A stretch of 63,281 nt of DNA, filler included, from Octopus bimaculoides (GCF_001194135.2; 4 parts of 4 records of this genome joined end to end with filler, not necessarily neighbours in it); one strand, 5' to 3'; positions 36,721 through 50,313 are shown, counted from the first letter of the whole stretch. The notes: generated from the letters alone by a model not told the origin. Numbers and translations: made by a program.

Positions 36721-37116
36721 AATTACTTGTTCTGCCTATAATGATACTGAAGATATGAAAAGATATGAATGTATCATATATCTTTGCATATGAACAGATG
36801 ATAATATATTACATGTTTTGGGAATATTGATTGAGTAGATGGTTTCTTTTTACCATAACAAATGGAATTCCGATGTGTTTGCGAATATATTTGATTACAT
36901 AGTACCACACTACTTTCCTTAATCATTCGCTTGAAAAATCGGTAACATTTCTGATAAAATATACGCTCTCTATGAATTATGTAATGATTCTTCGTTTCCA
37001 AACACATTCACTAACCCGCTTATATGTGTATGTGCGCATATGTGTATACACGCGCGCACACACACATTCATGCATCTCTCTCCCTCCCTCCCTCTCTCTC
37101 TCTCTCTCTCTCTCTG

Positions 37117-37179
<63 letters not shown>

Positions 37180-38149
37180 CTCTTTTACTCTTTTACTTGT
37201 TTCAGTCATTTGACTTGCGGCTATGCTGGAGCACTGCCTTTAGTNNNNNNNNNNNNNNNNNNNNNNNNNNNNNNNNNNNNNNNNNNNNNNNNNNNNNNNN
37301 NNNNNNNNNNNNNNNNNNNNNNNNNNNNNNNNNNNNNNNNNNNNNNNNNNNNNNNNNNNNNNNNNNNNNNNNNNNNNNNNNNNNNNNNNNNNNNNNNNNN
37401 NNNNNNNNNNNNNNNNNNNNNNNNNNNNNNNNNNNNNNNNNNNNNNNNNNNNNNNNNNNNNNNNNNNNNNNNNNNNNNNNNNNNNNNNNNNNNNNNNNNN
37501 NNNNNNNNNNNNNNNNNNNNNNNNNNNNNNNNNNNNNNNNNNNNNNNNNNNNNNNNNNNNNNNNNNNNNNNNNNNNNNNNNNNNNNNNNNNNNNNNNNNN
37601 NNNNNNNNNNNNNNNNNNNNNNNNNNNNNNNNNNNNNNNNNNNNNNNNNNNNNNNNNNNNNNNNNNNNNNNNNNNNNNNNNNNNNNNNNNNNNNNNNNNN
37701 NNNNNNNNNNNNNNNNNNNNNNNNNNNNNNNNNNNNNNNNNNNNNNNNNNNNNNNNNNNNNNNNNNNNNNNNNNNNNNNNNNNNNNNNNNNNNNNNNNNN
37801 NNNNNNNNNNNNNNNNNNNNNNNNNNNNNNNNNNNNNNNNNNNNNNNNNNNNNNNNNNNNNNNNNNNNNNNNNNNNNNNNNNNNNNNNNNNNNNNNNNNN
37901 NNNNNNNNNNNNNNNNNNNNNNNNNNNNNNNNNNNNNNNNNNNNNNNNNNNNNNNNNNNNNNNNNNNNNNNNNNNNNNNNNNNNNNNNNNNNNNNNNNNN
38001 NNNNNNNNNNNNNNNNNNNNNNNNNNNNNNNNNNNNNNNNNNNNNNNNNNNNNNAGTTATGTATCTATATGCACATGTAGATGAAGGTATGTACATACAT
38101 GTACATATATATGCATATACTCATATATTGTTTGTATCATGACAGAACA

Positions 38150-38271
38150 CACGCGTTAACCTTTATACAGTAAGTTTTAACTATTTTTCTAACGCGACTC
38201 TCTCTATCTCTATATCTATCTCCCCCTCTCATTCTTCCCTCTACTGTTCTTCACCTCTCCCTGTCACTACT

Positions 38272-38311
<40 letters not shown>

Positions 38312-38614
38312 CTTGTTGCTCGTCCTTCGCCTCTCACCGTTACTACTACTATCTCTCTCCCTCTCTACCACTCGTTGCTCACTTTTATTTTACTTCCTCC
38401 CCTTCTTCTCCTTCTGCTACTCTTTCTCTCTATTCAGCGCTGGTCACGTGTGTCTGGCTGCTATTTCTTTTCGTTCTTGGACTCCCCAAGCTCGCGCGCA
38501 CTTCTTTGCCCCTCCTGTTCGTGCTTCACAGCGTTCAATACATACACACTTCACGTCTGGCTGTACAGCCTTTTTGTTTGTTTATTTCACCGTTTCGTTT
38601 TCCTGTCTTGTTTT
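38150..38614 (+). promoter_or_regulatory. CpG-containing, CT-rich promoter/5' UTR-like segment
   Basis: Long pyrimidine tracts, TCACGTG E-box, GCGCGCAC; no ORF support. Confidence 0.25.
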
Positions 38615-39574
38615 NNNNNNNNNNNNNNNNNNNNNNNNNNNNNNNNNNNNNNNNNNNNNNNNNNNNNNNNNNNNNNNNNNNNNNNNNNNNNNNNNNNNNN
38701 NNNNNNNNNNNNNNNNNNNNNNNNNNNNNNNNNNNNNNNNNNNNNNNNNNNNNNNNNNNNNNNNNNNNNNNNNNNNNNNNNNNNNNNNNNNNNNNNNNNN
38801 NNNNNNNNNNNNNNNNNNNNNNNNNNNNNNNNNNNNNNNNNNNNNNNNNNNNNNNNNNNNNNNNNNNNNNNNNNNNNNNNNNNNNNNNNNNNNNNNNNNN
38901 NNNNNNNNNNNNNNNNNNNNNNNNNNNNNNNNNNNNNNNNNNNNNNNNNNNNNNNNNNNNNNNNNNNNNNNNNNNNNNNNNNNNNNNNNNNNNNNNNNNN
39001 NNNNNNNNNNNNNNNNNNNNNNNNNNNNNNNNNNNNNNNNNNNNNNNNNNNNNNNNNNNNNNNNNNNNNNNNNNNNNNNNNNNNNNNNNNNNNNNNNNNN
39101 NNNNNNNNNNNNNNNNNNNNNNNNNNNNNNNNNNNNNNNNNNNNNNNNNNNNNNNNNNNNNNNNNNNNNNNNNNNNNNNNNNNNNNNNNNNNNNNNNNNN
39201 NNNNNNNNNNNNNNNNNNNNNNNNNNNNNNNNNNNNNNNNNNNNNNNNNNNNNNNNNNNNNNNNNNNNNNNNNNNNNNNNNNNNNNNNNNNNNNNNNNNN
39301 NNNNNNNNNNNNNNNNNNNNNNNNNNNNNNNNNNNNNNNNNNNNNNNNNNNNNNNNNNNNNNNTATATATAATGACTGAATTATATATAATTGGCACTTA
39401 TGTTGTCAATCCTATAATAAATGAAAGGCAAATTCGACATTTGATCTCGGCACCTAGACAAAACACATTGCGAGACAGAACGCGGACAAAACAAAACGTG
39501 TTACAAAACATTGGCTGTCTGACTGCGTTATTCTTTTCTACTCCAGGCACCAGGCCTAGAAATCTATTGGGACG

Positions 39575-39749
39575 GGGCCAGTCGATTAGATCAACTCCAG
39601 TACACAACTGGTACTTGATTTATCGACCCCGAAATGATCAAAGACAAAGGCAAAGCAAACCTCGGCGGAATTTGAACTCAGAACGTAAAGTCAGACGAAA
39701 TACCGCCAAGTATTTCGCCCGGTGCGCTAACGTTTCTGCCAGCTTGCTA
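39575..39749 (-). mobile_element. tRNA-derived SINE family C
   Basis: Reverse complement agcaagctggcagaaacgttagcgcaccgggcgaaatact...gttctgagttcaaattccgccgagg; homologues at 46589, 48600, 51505 and 55040. Confidence 0.8.
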
Positions 39750-40789
39750 CTTTTGTTTGAATGCGTTATTATAATAACTGATCTTGCATTGGCTTTTTGC
39801 CAGTAAAAGAAATAATTATTTATTAGTACTGTGTCGAAAACCCAGTATTTGGATTCGTGTGTACGACATTCCAGAAATAACATTTTTTAATTCTCTTTAA
39901 TTCGTTCTCTACGAAGAGAACTAATAAACAAACCAAAGAAAATTGGTGCAGTGCCAAGTAAAAAAAGAAATCTATCTTGTATCTACAAGCCCACACAAAC
40001 TACATACACTCATACACATTTATAGTAGTCATGTAGCTTGCTAGAAAGTTCTAAAAGCAGCGGTAAGAGGAAATAAAACTAAACTGCTCGTGTCTGAAAA
40101 ACGTAAAATACGATAAATTAGTGTACCGTAAGGGGAGATAGATTCTGAAGTTTTCGGACAAGGCCTCTCTTCAAAGAGATGTTTACTTCTTTTACGAATT
40201 TCATGTTATGCTTCTGTCTGGGCAGTCCATATGTATACATACATACATACATACATACATACATACATACATACATACATACATTCATGTATATATACAT
40301 ACATATAGTGAAGCACAAAGACTTGCACACAAAAATGTAAAACGTGTGAAGCTCAGGTGTTTGTATATTAAAGTGAAATGCATATTCACAGCAAAAATAC
40401 AAGTATTTCATACATACACACATGCAAATATACACACTTCAACCGATCCAGACGATCACAAACCTCTAACACGTTTTAACTTGGCTAATGGCCAGCTTAG
40501 ATTCTCCAAATGCAAGTAATTGATTAAGTCTTAAAGAAAACACACACACACACACACACACAAGCACACACACATACACACACATACATGTATGTATGTA
40601 TGTATGTATGTATGTATGTATGTATGTATGTATATACTGCACAAACAGAAGCATAGTTACGCATGATATATTCTTGGAAGCTGGAACTGCACAGATCATT
40701 TCTCCAATTTTCTGATCTTCGGAAGACTATGCAAAATGGAACAAAATAATGTGAATTATATTGTAAGATCCGATGACAGTGTTAGTTTA

Positions 40790-42057
40790 CGAGGGGCGGC
40801 TGAACAGTTAATAGGCTGATCACGATACTCTCATGGAATGTGATGAAATGACGTTTATTTTTCAAGACAAATGAGGTTTATTTTTCCATCGGTGTTGCAG
40901 TGTTTGGATCCCAATGGTCAAGAAGCTTTCATCCTATTGGTATAAAAAGCAATCACCAACAGCAGACATGACGTCATCATCACTGCGAAACTGGTCCTAG
41001 CCAAGTGTATATTCATGTTGGGGAACAGATGATAGTCAGATAGGGAGAGTGATCAACCAGTTCAAAGCCATAAGCCCGCATAGCAACCATCGAATCCAAG
41101 GACTTGTGCACTGGAGTATTGTCCTGATGAAACAAGACTCCTTTCGTCAGTTTTCCTGTGTGTCTGGTCTTGATAGCCTTTCGTAACTGCTTCAGTATGT
41201 TGACATAGTACTCTCCATTGATGGTGTGGCCCGTTTGAAAATAGTCAATAAACTCAATGTCTTTCCCATCCAGAAAAAACTGAGGTCAACATCTTCCCTG
41301 CAGAAGAAACGACCTTGGCCTTCTTTGGAGCAGGTGAGGAGAAGTGTTTCCACAGCATGGATTATCTTTTTATCTCTAGCTCAATGTAATGAACCCAACA
41401 CTCATCCTGTGTGAAGAAACTCGCAAGGGAACCAGATGGATGTGCCTCAAACAATGTCAGATTTTCCCGTGGTGTGATCAGCCTGGTGCACTTTTGATAA
41501 AGTATCAGAAGACGTGGCACCCACCTGAAAGAAACCTCCGTCATGTCAAGTTCATTGTGCAGAATATTCACAACTCTCACACGGTATATGCTAATAACAT
41601 TAGCTATTTAATTTCTAATCAGTTGCCTGTTATACAGAATCTAGTGGTGAACACGATCAAGTTTTTTCCTTGGTGCTGGCAGTTGCAGGATGTCCAGACC
41701 TTGGGTCATCTTCAAGACTCTCCCTTTCTCATCTAAATTCAGCCGCCCACTTTTGCACTGTTGATAGCACTGGAGTGTCATCTCATAATGTAAGAACCAT
41801 GTCAGCATGATGTCGTTGAGGGCTAAACCGTCTTTTTGCAGATACTTCATGACAGCACGATGTCAAATTTTGTTCATTTCCAAGAGAAGCTGCTCCTCGT
41901 TACATTTGAAGTCTTCGTTGGACTGTCAGATATTAGTTTACCTGAAAACAAGCAATGCATTTATTAATAAGAAGTGTTGAAAGTAATGCAAGCAAGATTT
42001 CACAGCTCTAACATCATTCCTTCATAGTCAGCCTATGAACTTTTCAGCTCAGGCTCG
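40790..42057 (-). mobile_element. Full-length decayed mariner (about 1.27 kb, irritans/Hsmar2-like)
   Basis: About 30-bp imperfect TIRs (cgaggggcggctgaacagttaataggctga / tcagcctatgaacttttcagctcaggctcg) with TA TSDs. Peptides LEDDPRSG, RWVPRLL and TQDECWVHY; ATG at 41877. Confidence 0.92.
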
Positions 42058-42572
42058 TAAAGTGGCCTAGTGTGTTGTAACTTGCTGCGCATGTCTGTGT
42101 ACGTAATTAGCGACGAAATTGATGAAATGAAGAAAGAACGGTTTGGTGCATTGTGCGATTAGAGGTGGACAGCAGTTGCAGAATTGTGGGAGATCTGTGA
42201 TTTACTTGAAATGAAATCGATAGGAAGGTTCTACAAAATTGCTCCTTATGGACAGAAAGGACAGTTTGTGATTTGAGAAGAGGGGAACTTACAAACTGAG
42301 CAATGCACGAGTGCATCTTTTGTTCTTACAAATAATTAATCAATAACAAAAGTAATTAATGAACACGTCCCTTAATATAGCAATCAAATTATATTGCATC
42401 CTAGGATATCTTGCACAAGTCAATCAAAAGAAAAGCTCTATGAACTACACGCAGAGGAATATTTGAACTTGATTCTGCAAGTTAAATATTCAACAATGCT
42501 TACACGAAAAAGATCTCCTACTGTATGGAAACTATATGCAGCTAAGCGGATTGAGGAACTGATCGTTTAGAA

Positions 42573-42942
42573 CCGTGGTTCTCAACAGAGGTTCATATAA
42601 GTTTTTGAGAGTTCACGCAATCAAAATAGTAAACTAGGGATTCACAGTAGTATTCTAAGGGTCCATGAAAAGTTTTGATTTAAATGTATGTATTACAAGA
42701 AACAACTAGGTTCCTTTCTTTAACATTCCTGGGCCGGGTGACGCGATGTGTTCTTGAGCAAAACGTTTCATTTCACATAGTTCAACTTACACAAATTAAT
42801 GTGTGAATAACAAAATAGGAATTTTCAAACAAGTATCTATAAAATTAGTTTTTAAACATCGAATGTCTATGGAGGTCCACCAGAATAGAATAGTAAATAA
42901 AGGGGTCCATAAGTTAAAAAAAAGAATGGTTGAGAACCACTG
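42573..42942. mobile_element. hAT (Charlie-like) MITE with a nested SINE fragment
   Basis: TIRs ccgtggttctcaac / gttgagaaccactg; 8-bp flanks gtttagaa / gttaagag (6/8 match, NTCTAGAN-like). Confidence 0.75.
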
Positions 42943-43054
42943 GTTAAGAGAGTTGTACTTGTGGCATTCTGCGAATCGACTTCTCAAGTGATTATCTGGC
43001 ACTATCGATTTAAATGAACTGTCTGTTTCCCTACACACATCTCTCACTGTCACT

Positions 43055-43110
<56 letters not shown>

Positions 43111-43116
43111 GGAGGA

Positions 43117-43335
43117 TGTGGCTTAGTGGTTAATGTGTTGGACTTATGATCGTAAGGTTGTGGTTTCGATTCCTGGGCCCGGCGACGCGTTGTAATCTTG
43201 AGCAAAACACTACATTTTCACGTTGCTCCAGTCCATTCAGCTGGCAAAAATGCATAACCCTGCGACGGACCGTGTCCCGTCCAAGTGGGGAATACGCCAT
43301 TTGAAACCGGGAAACCGGCCCTTATGCGTCGACAT
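43117..43335 (+). mobile_element. tRNA-derived CORE-type SINE
   Basis: A box gtggcttagtggtt, B box ggtttcgattcct, CORE-like cttgagcaaaacact...ctccagtccattcagctg; relatives at 16840-16975 (+) and 50712-51065 (-). Confidence 0.75.
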
Positions 43336-43639
43336 GACTCGAGATGTTTACCTTTAGCTCCCTCTCTCTCCAGATGATGGGCAACTGTAAACTTAAAACA
43401 CATATGAACTGATGGCACTCAATGCATGCTGAACATAGTAAATGCAAATAGCAAATGATATTTTAATACAAATCTTTAATACAAATCTTTAATTTTTGTG
43501 TGTCAGCCACAAAGAAGGTAGATAAGCGTTGCATGTACCCGATTTTATTACGCCACCAGGAGTTACTCCTATTACAGTCTAACATAGCTGATGATTTTAG
43601 TTCAAAGGATTAATTGAACTGACCATCTAATGTTGGCTA

Positions 43640-43854
43640 CGTTTTAGATCTCTTAAACTTGCTTCAGTCATTTAACTGCGGCCATGATGGGGCACCGCTT
43701 TGAAGACTGTTATTCGAACGAATCGACCCCAGTAATTCTTTTTATAGTCTGGTACTTAATTCTATAGTCCTCTTTTACCGAACTGGTAAGTTACGGAGAT
43801 GTAAACACACTAACACCGGTTGCCAAACGGTGGTAGGAGCAAGCACACACACAC

Positions 43855-43900
<46 letters not shown>

Positions 43901-44058
43901 GGGCTTCTTTCAGTTTCCATCTACTAAATTCACTCACAAGGCTTTGGTAGGCCCGAGGTTATAGTAGAAGACACTTGTCCAAGTTGCAATGCAGTGGGAC
44001 TGAACCTGGAACTGTGTGGTTGGGATGCAAACTTCTTATCACACAGTCACACCTGCGC
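43640..44058 (-). mobile_element. Full-length SINE: family-B head, internal (AT)n/(GT)n, family-D tail
   Basis: Continuous from aggcgcaggtgtgactgtgtgataagaag through gaagcccgg(TA)n to gcggtgccccatcatggccgcagttaaatgactga. Confidence 0.85.
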
Positions 44059-44701
44059 CTATTGTTTCGAATAGTTTAGACTCTATTCGTCGTCAAGCAG
44101 TTAGTTGTTGCTGTTGTTGTTATTGTTTAATATTGATTCTGATAGAGCAGTGATATGATCATGCGTATTCCAGTCCAGACAATGTCGTCTTGTATTAAAG
44201 AACAGTGTATATCATGCAACATTATCCAAAGTCTGGGTTGATCCCATTTATTGAAGGACGAGCAAGCAAATAGAAGTTCCGTTTAGGCTCAATGATTGAA
44301 ACAACTGTATTGAAATAAAAAAAAACAACAAATTAACAGATTTTGCAACGCTTTTATCCACTATGCCAAATGCCGCGTTGTTTCCTATCGTTAGAAAAAG
44401 CTATTTGACGAAAACTAAATGGAATAAAATGATAATGAAATGTTAATAGTTCCAAAAGAACTAATAGCAAGCAACTCATCTCAGTAACGTAGACATTTTA
44501 AAAGATGATTCATTGAAATCAGGTTTCTCTTCGTAAATGAATGTTAATTGTTTGTTTTAACTAGCCTTTTATACGGTGGCAAGATTTTGAAGAAGCGGAA
44601 GAACAATGAAAGCCTGTCTTGATTTTCCCCTTCTATAATCTGTACAACTATTCATTGTTTATATTTTAAGAAACTCAGAGTAGTGACAAAGTCATTAATC
44701 A

Positions 44702-44743
<42 letters not shown>

Positions 44744-44849
44744 NNNNNNNNNNNNNNNNNNNNNNNNNNNNNNNNNNNNNNNNNNNNNNNNNNNNNNNNN
44801 NNNNNNNNNNNNNNNNNNNNNNNNNNNNNNNNNNNNNNNNNNNNNNNNN

Positions 44850-44902
<53 letters not shown>

Positions 44903-46588
44903 ATACATACTCATGTATTATATTATATTTCTAGCTCTTAAGTTTGTGTGTATGCGCATGCATGTGTGTGTGTGTGCGAATATGCTACTAATATCTTAGA
45001 CTAATTTGGCAATTTAAGCAACCAGCTTTCGCGTGACGTCCCTGAGGCTTCAATATTATCACGGTGTTCTAATACTGACATATTCTTTCACTCTGCTCTT
45101 CCTCCTCCCTTCTCACACTTGAAATTACTATCCGTATCTCTATCGCCATGTTTCTAGCTATCTGTTTGTTTACCTACCTGTTTAGCTAGCTTGATAGCTA
45201 GCTAGTTAACTAACTAGCTAACTGTTTATCTATAAAATATTTGCCAAACATATCAAGAATATATATTTAGCCTACAAAAAGAACTCAATACCGCTAACCT
45301 GGAATAGATGGCTGAAGTATACATCAGAGATGCTTTGCCTCACACAAAAGTTACACAGGGGCTATTGATACCGCAAGCTCTTCTGATGGTGACGAATATT
45401 ATCGCAATACTGAAAGCCATTTTTTATCTTCAGCAGTATCTCAGGGTCAGGGTCACAAGTGTTTCATCCCTTAGCCTATACATTTCTTCTAAATGGGCCA
45501 ACAAAAAGGGTCCATTTCTGGTCTCCTGTCAACCACAACCAGCTCTAGTTGGCCTCACCTTCTGTGACTGTTACCTTGGCGACTTTTTTCCCAGAAATTA
45601 ATTACCTGCATGAAATAGTGCACTAATCTTGCTGAAAAAACGCGGCAGCCAACTTCAGTAACGGATGAGGCACTGTGGCACCATTTGATAGGGGCCTCAT
45701 CAGCCAAATCCTGATATTTGGTTTTCTTCAGTTCGTGACAAATGTCCTCTTTACCCTAGATTTTAAGGTTATTTGGAATTGTCAACAGGTCAGAGATATT
45801 GCATAGGAAAAGGGAAATTTTCCTTGGTTTGTACTCTAGAGTTCTTTCCAAGTCAGTGGTTGCTGAGTGCCTGATCCCACTATATCCGTTGCCCGTAGCG
45901 GGCNNNNNNNNNNNNNNNNNNNNNNNNNNNNNNNNNNNNNNNNNNNNNNNNNNNNNNNNNNNNNNNNNNNNNNNNNNNNNNNNNNNNNNNNNNNNNNNNN
46001 NNNNNNNNNNNNNNNNNNNNNNNNNNNNNNNNNNNNNNNNNNNNNNNNNNNNNNNNNNNNNNNNNNNNNNNNNNNNNNNNNNNNNNNNNNNNNNNNNNNN
46101 NNNNNNNNNNNNNNNNNNNNNNNNNNNNNNNNNNNNNNNNNNNNNNNNNNNNNNNNNNNNNNNNNNNNNNNNNNNNNNNNNNNNNNNNNNNNNNNNNNNN
46201 NNNNNNNNNNNNNNNNNNNNNNNNNNNNNNNNNNNTTTAAGCCAAATTAAAAGCGAAGCTTCAGTGCTACAACGTTACACGAATTTACTAAACCGAAAGG
46301 TAGTTAATTAAACAATTAAGATGCGCAAGCGAAATATTGTCTCCTGATACACAATCCTAATATGATGTAGATTTGTTTTTGTGGTCTGATGTTGAAAATT
46401 GAAACTTATTATTTGTATTTAACGACATAAGGTTAATGGAGAAAATATACACAACTAAAGGTTTCTTTTTAAAGGTTTTTGTTCAAAAATGTCATTTTGT
46501 TTAACAGGTATGGTTAATGTGTGTGTGTGTGTGTGTGTGTGAATGTGTGTGTGGTTAGTATAACACTCAGTAATAATCTGATATTCGA

Positions 46589-46708
46589 AGGCGGCGAGCT
46601 GGCAGAATCGTTAGCACGCCAGGCGAAATGCTTAGCGGTATTTTGTCTGCAACTACGTTCTGAGTTCAAATTCCAACGAGGTCGACTTTGCCTTTCATCC
46701 TTTCGGAG
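46589..46708 (+). mobile_element. tRNA-derived SINE family C (truncated)
   Basis: ggcggcgagctggcagaatcgttagcacgccaggcg...gttctgagttcaaattcc..gaggtcgactttgcctttcatcctttcgg. Confidence 0.8.
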
Positions 46709-47049
46709 ATACGCAATTACTTATGAGAATCATGATAATTAAGCTCATTTATTGGATGACGAGTTTAATGCATAGAAATAGAATGGCCTGTCATAATAAT
46801 TTGGAATACAACAAAAAAATTAAGTAAACCCGCTTATTTATTATTGTCATTTAATTGTATGCAATTTGTTTCATTCAAAGTGCATTGGATCGAAGATGTA
46901 TTCCAAGTATCAGCTCAACCTTAAACACCCGCTCGTTTCTAAAAGTCAAAGGCAATAAAGCAACACAAGTAGTGCAGGACACCTTAATATGCATTTGCAC
47001 ATATACAGATATGTATACAAACATGCATACCTATATATACATATATACA

Positions 47050-47226
47050 TTATTTGTGTATTAAGACTACCATTAGTTTCATGAATGGAAAATATTTTAA
47101 CAATTTTTTTAGCCGATCTCATAGAGAAATTGATATTCGTCTCCACCAATTTCCCTATGTGATCGGCTTCAAAAGTTAAGATATTTTCTTAACATGAAAC
47201 CAATGATAGTCTTAATACACAAATAA
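47050..47226. mobile_element. Fold-back element, about 80-bp arms and 14-nt loop
   Basis: ttatttgtgtattaagactaccattagtttcatg...agccgatctcatagagaaattg versus caatttccctatgtgatcggct...catgaaaccaatgatagtcttaatacacaaataa. Confidence 0.8.
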
Positions 47227-47991
47227 AGAATCTTTATCCACAAACGCAGTGTTGAGCACTCATTCACATTGTTCGACATTTACGTATGTATCTATCTATC
47301 TATCTTCTTGAAGTCATAAGACTTTATAAACTTTCGAGAGAACCTGAATTTTGGGGGGTTGTGGGTGGTAACTGGTTTTGGAAGTCCATATAAAGCTATG
47401 AATAATAGTATAGAAATATTGGGTGGAAAAATTCATTCTCGTAGTTATTTTATTATCAATGCAAAGTATATTGCACAACACGTTACATAATATTACGTAA
47501 AGTCTGATGACGACAGCAAGCTGAAACTTCGAATTGACTGTCAACCTTTTTCTTGTAAAAATTAATAAACATGTACTCTACTAAAAAGTACAGAGTAGTC
47601 CTTTGCTTTAATCTGAAATTGTTTCATACGTAGCAAAACAATACGTTATGTCAATTATTGACTATTCTAAAACATTGTGTAAATCGCCACTGCCTTAAGG
47701 CGTTGAGCTCTCATAAAGTTACTTCTCTCTCTCTCCCCCTCTCTCTATTTCTCCCTCACACATACACATACTCACTCACTCTGTTTCCTATTACTTCTCT
47801 CTACCTCTCTATCTCCTATTTCGTTTTTTTCCATCTTGGAATTTCGCTCTCATTGTTATAATTTTCCAAAATGGCATTGCTTCTTTCTGTAAGCTCATAG
47901 GAGTTGCTCTCAGCAAAGCAAGCTTTAGAGTCAGTTTTTATTACACCTCTCCCTCGGTCTTGTTCTCCTCCTTGATCGATCCATTAGTCAT

Positions 47992-48054
<63 letters not shown>

Positions 48055-48161
48055 GTCTGTCTGTCTGTCTGTCTGTCCTTCCCTTTATCTTTCTATCTTT
48101 CCATCACTTTCTGTTTGCCTAGCTATCTCTCGATCTGTCTTTCTGTCTGTCTCCTGTCTGT

Positions 48162-48218
<57 letters not shown>

Positions 48219-49039
48219 CAATCGTTACATATATATACAATGGAGTTTCTAGTGCCCTTTATCATTTCTTTTCATTTCTCTTCCGTCAACCATCTTTTGG
48301 TATGTTTTGATTTTGATATCATCGTCTGCTGCTTTATCGTTTTCCCAGTTATCTCCAGTTAACTCCTTTCTCGTACAGTCAGTTTCTTTGTAGCTTTTCT
48401 TGTCAACCATCTTTCGATATAACATTTGATAGTATCGTCTGCTTTTAACCAAACTTATACATGTATCTCTCTCGATCTCTCCTTCTTTCTCACTCTTTTA
48501 CTCTCTCCCGTTCTCTCATTCATTGTCATCCATATGTACAGCATTTTTGAGCTTGTATTCTATTTTTCACGCATTCTGTAATATATGTTGCTTTTTTAAG
48601 GCTGAGAGCTGGTAGTATTCTTAAGCACCCCGGACAAAATGCTTAGCAGCATTCCTTCTGGCTTTACGTTCTGGGTTTAAATGGCGCTGAGGTCGACTTT
48701 GCCTTTCAGGGGTTGATGAAATAAGTACCAGTTAATCACTGAAGCTGATGGAATCGATTCTCTCTCTTTCTCTTTCTCTCTATCTCTCTCTCTCCTCAAA
48801 ATTTCTGGTCTTGTGCCAAAATTAGAAAGAATTATAGTTTGCTTCTTTCACTTGCTCTCTCTACCTCTCTCTCTCCAGTCCCTCCGCGTCCTCTCTCTCA
48901 TGCATATATTGTTTCCCCTCCGGATTTACTCCCGCAGACAAATTTTTAACGTCTCCTAATATTATTATCTGATACTTCAACTTTTAATTCTTTTTTATAA
49001 GGGAAGCCCTTATGATAAATGAAAAATATGTATCAAACA

Positions 49040-50313
49040 TTTTCTAAATTCAGATGCACAGATCTCGGCTCAAACGAAACTTTATTAATCGAAATAAACA
49101 CCATCAGAATCAACACACTTTTGTCAACGTGAAACAAGTTTATTTATACCAGTAGCATAAAAATCATGCGTTCTAGTGGCGATGAAGTCGCTGAAGGCAT
49201 GTTTGGCATCGTCTTGGTTTTTGAATCATTTCTCACGAAGGAAGTTGTCGAGATGCGCGAAAAAGTGGTAGTCGGTAGGCTAGAGGTCTGGAGAGTATGG
49301 CGGATGAAGCAGAGTTTCGTAGCCAATTCGTTCAACTTCTACAGGGTAATTGTGCGACGTGCGGCCGAGCGTTGTCGTGGAGAAGAATTGGTCCTTTTCT
49401 ATTGATCAATGCTGGCTGTTGTTGTCGGAGTTTCTTATGCATTTCATCNNNNNNNNNNNNNNNNNNNNNNNNNNNNNNNNNNNNNNNNNNNNNNNNNNNN
49501 NNNNNNNNNNNNNNNNNNNNNNNNNNNNNNNNNNNNNNNNNNNNNNNNNNNNNNNNNNNNNNNNNNNNNNNNNNNNNNNNNNNNNNNNNNNNNNNNNNNN
49601 NNNNNNNNNNNNNNNNNNNNNNNNNNNNNNNNNNNNNNNNNNNNNNNNNNNNNNNNNNNNNNNNNNNNNNNNNNNNNNNNNNNNNNNNNNNNNNNNNNNN
49701 NNNNNNNNNNNNNNNNNNNNNNNNNNNNNNNNNNNNNNNNNNNNNNNNNNNNNNNNNNNNNNNNNNNNNNNNNNNNNNNNNNNNNNNNNNNNNNNNNNNN
49801 NNNNNNNNNNNNNNNNNNNNNNNNNNNNNNNNNNNNNNNNNNNNNNNNNNNNNNNNNNNNNNNNNNNNNNNNNNNNNNNNNNNNNNNNNNNNNNNNNNNN
49901 NNNNNNNNNNNNNNNNNNNNNNNNNNNNNNNNNNNNNNNNNACTACGCTTATCATCTTCAAGACTCTCATCACTGCTACGAAATTTCTTGAACCACCATT
50001 GTGCTGTACGTTTATTAGTGGTTCCCGGGCCAAACGCATTGTTGATATCGCGAGCTGTTTCAGCAGCTTTTCGGCCTAGCTTGAACTGGAATAAGAAAAT
50101 TGTGCGAATTTGATTTTGTCCATGTTGTATTCAATGTTCCGGAAAGAATGGCTTAATTATTAAAAAAACAGAAGAGTAACACGGTTAGATAGAGCGAAAA
50201 ACAGGCTTTAAAATGATATATAAAATCAATGTAATTTAAAGAAAATAATTTGAAAATGCATCATTTAAAACCAAAATTAAAAATTCCGCAAGAACTTTCT
50301 TGACAACCTAATA
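49040..50313 (-). mobile_element. Hsmar1-like (cecropia subfamily) mariner, partly in a gap, with frameshifts
   Basis: TIR tattaggttgtcaagaaagttcttgcgg at the right end. KAAETARDINNAFGPGTTNKRTAQWWFKKF, LINRKGPILLHDNARPHVAQ, HPPYSPDL.PTDYHFF and GINKLVSR.QKCVD. Confidence 0.93.

Noticed and set aside
43117-43200. tRNA gene
   Set aside because: A and B boxes continue into SINE body; no acceptor stem or cloverleaf. The same applies to the other SINE heads.
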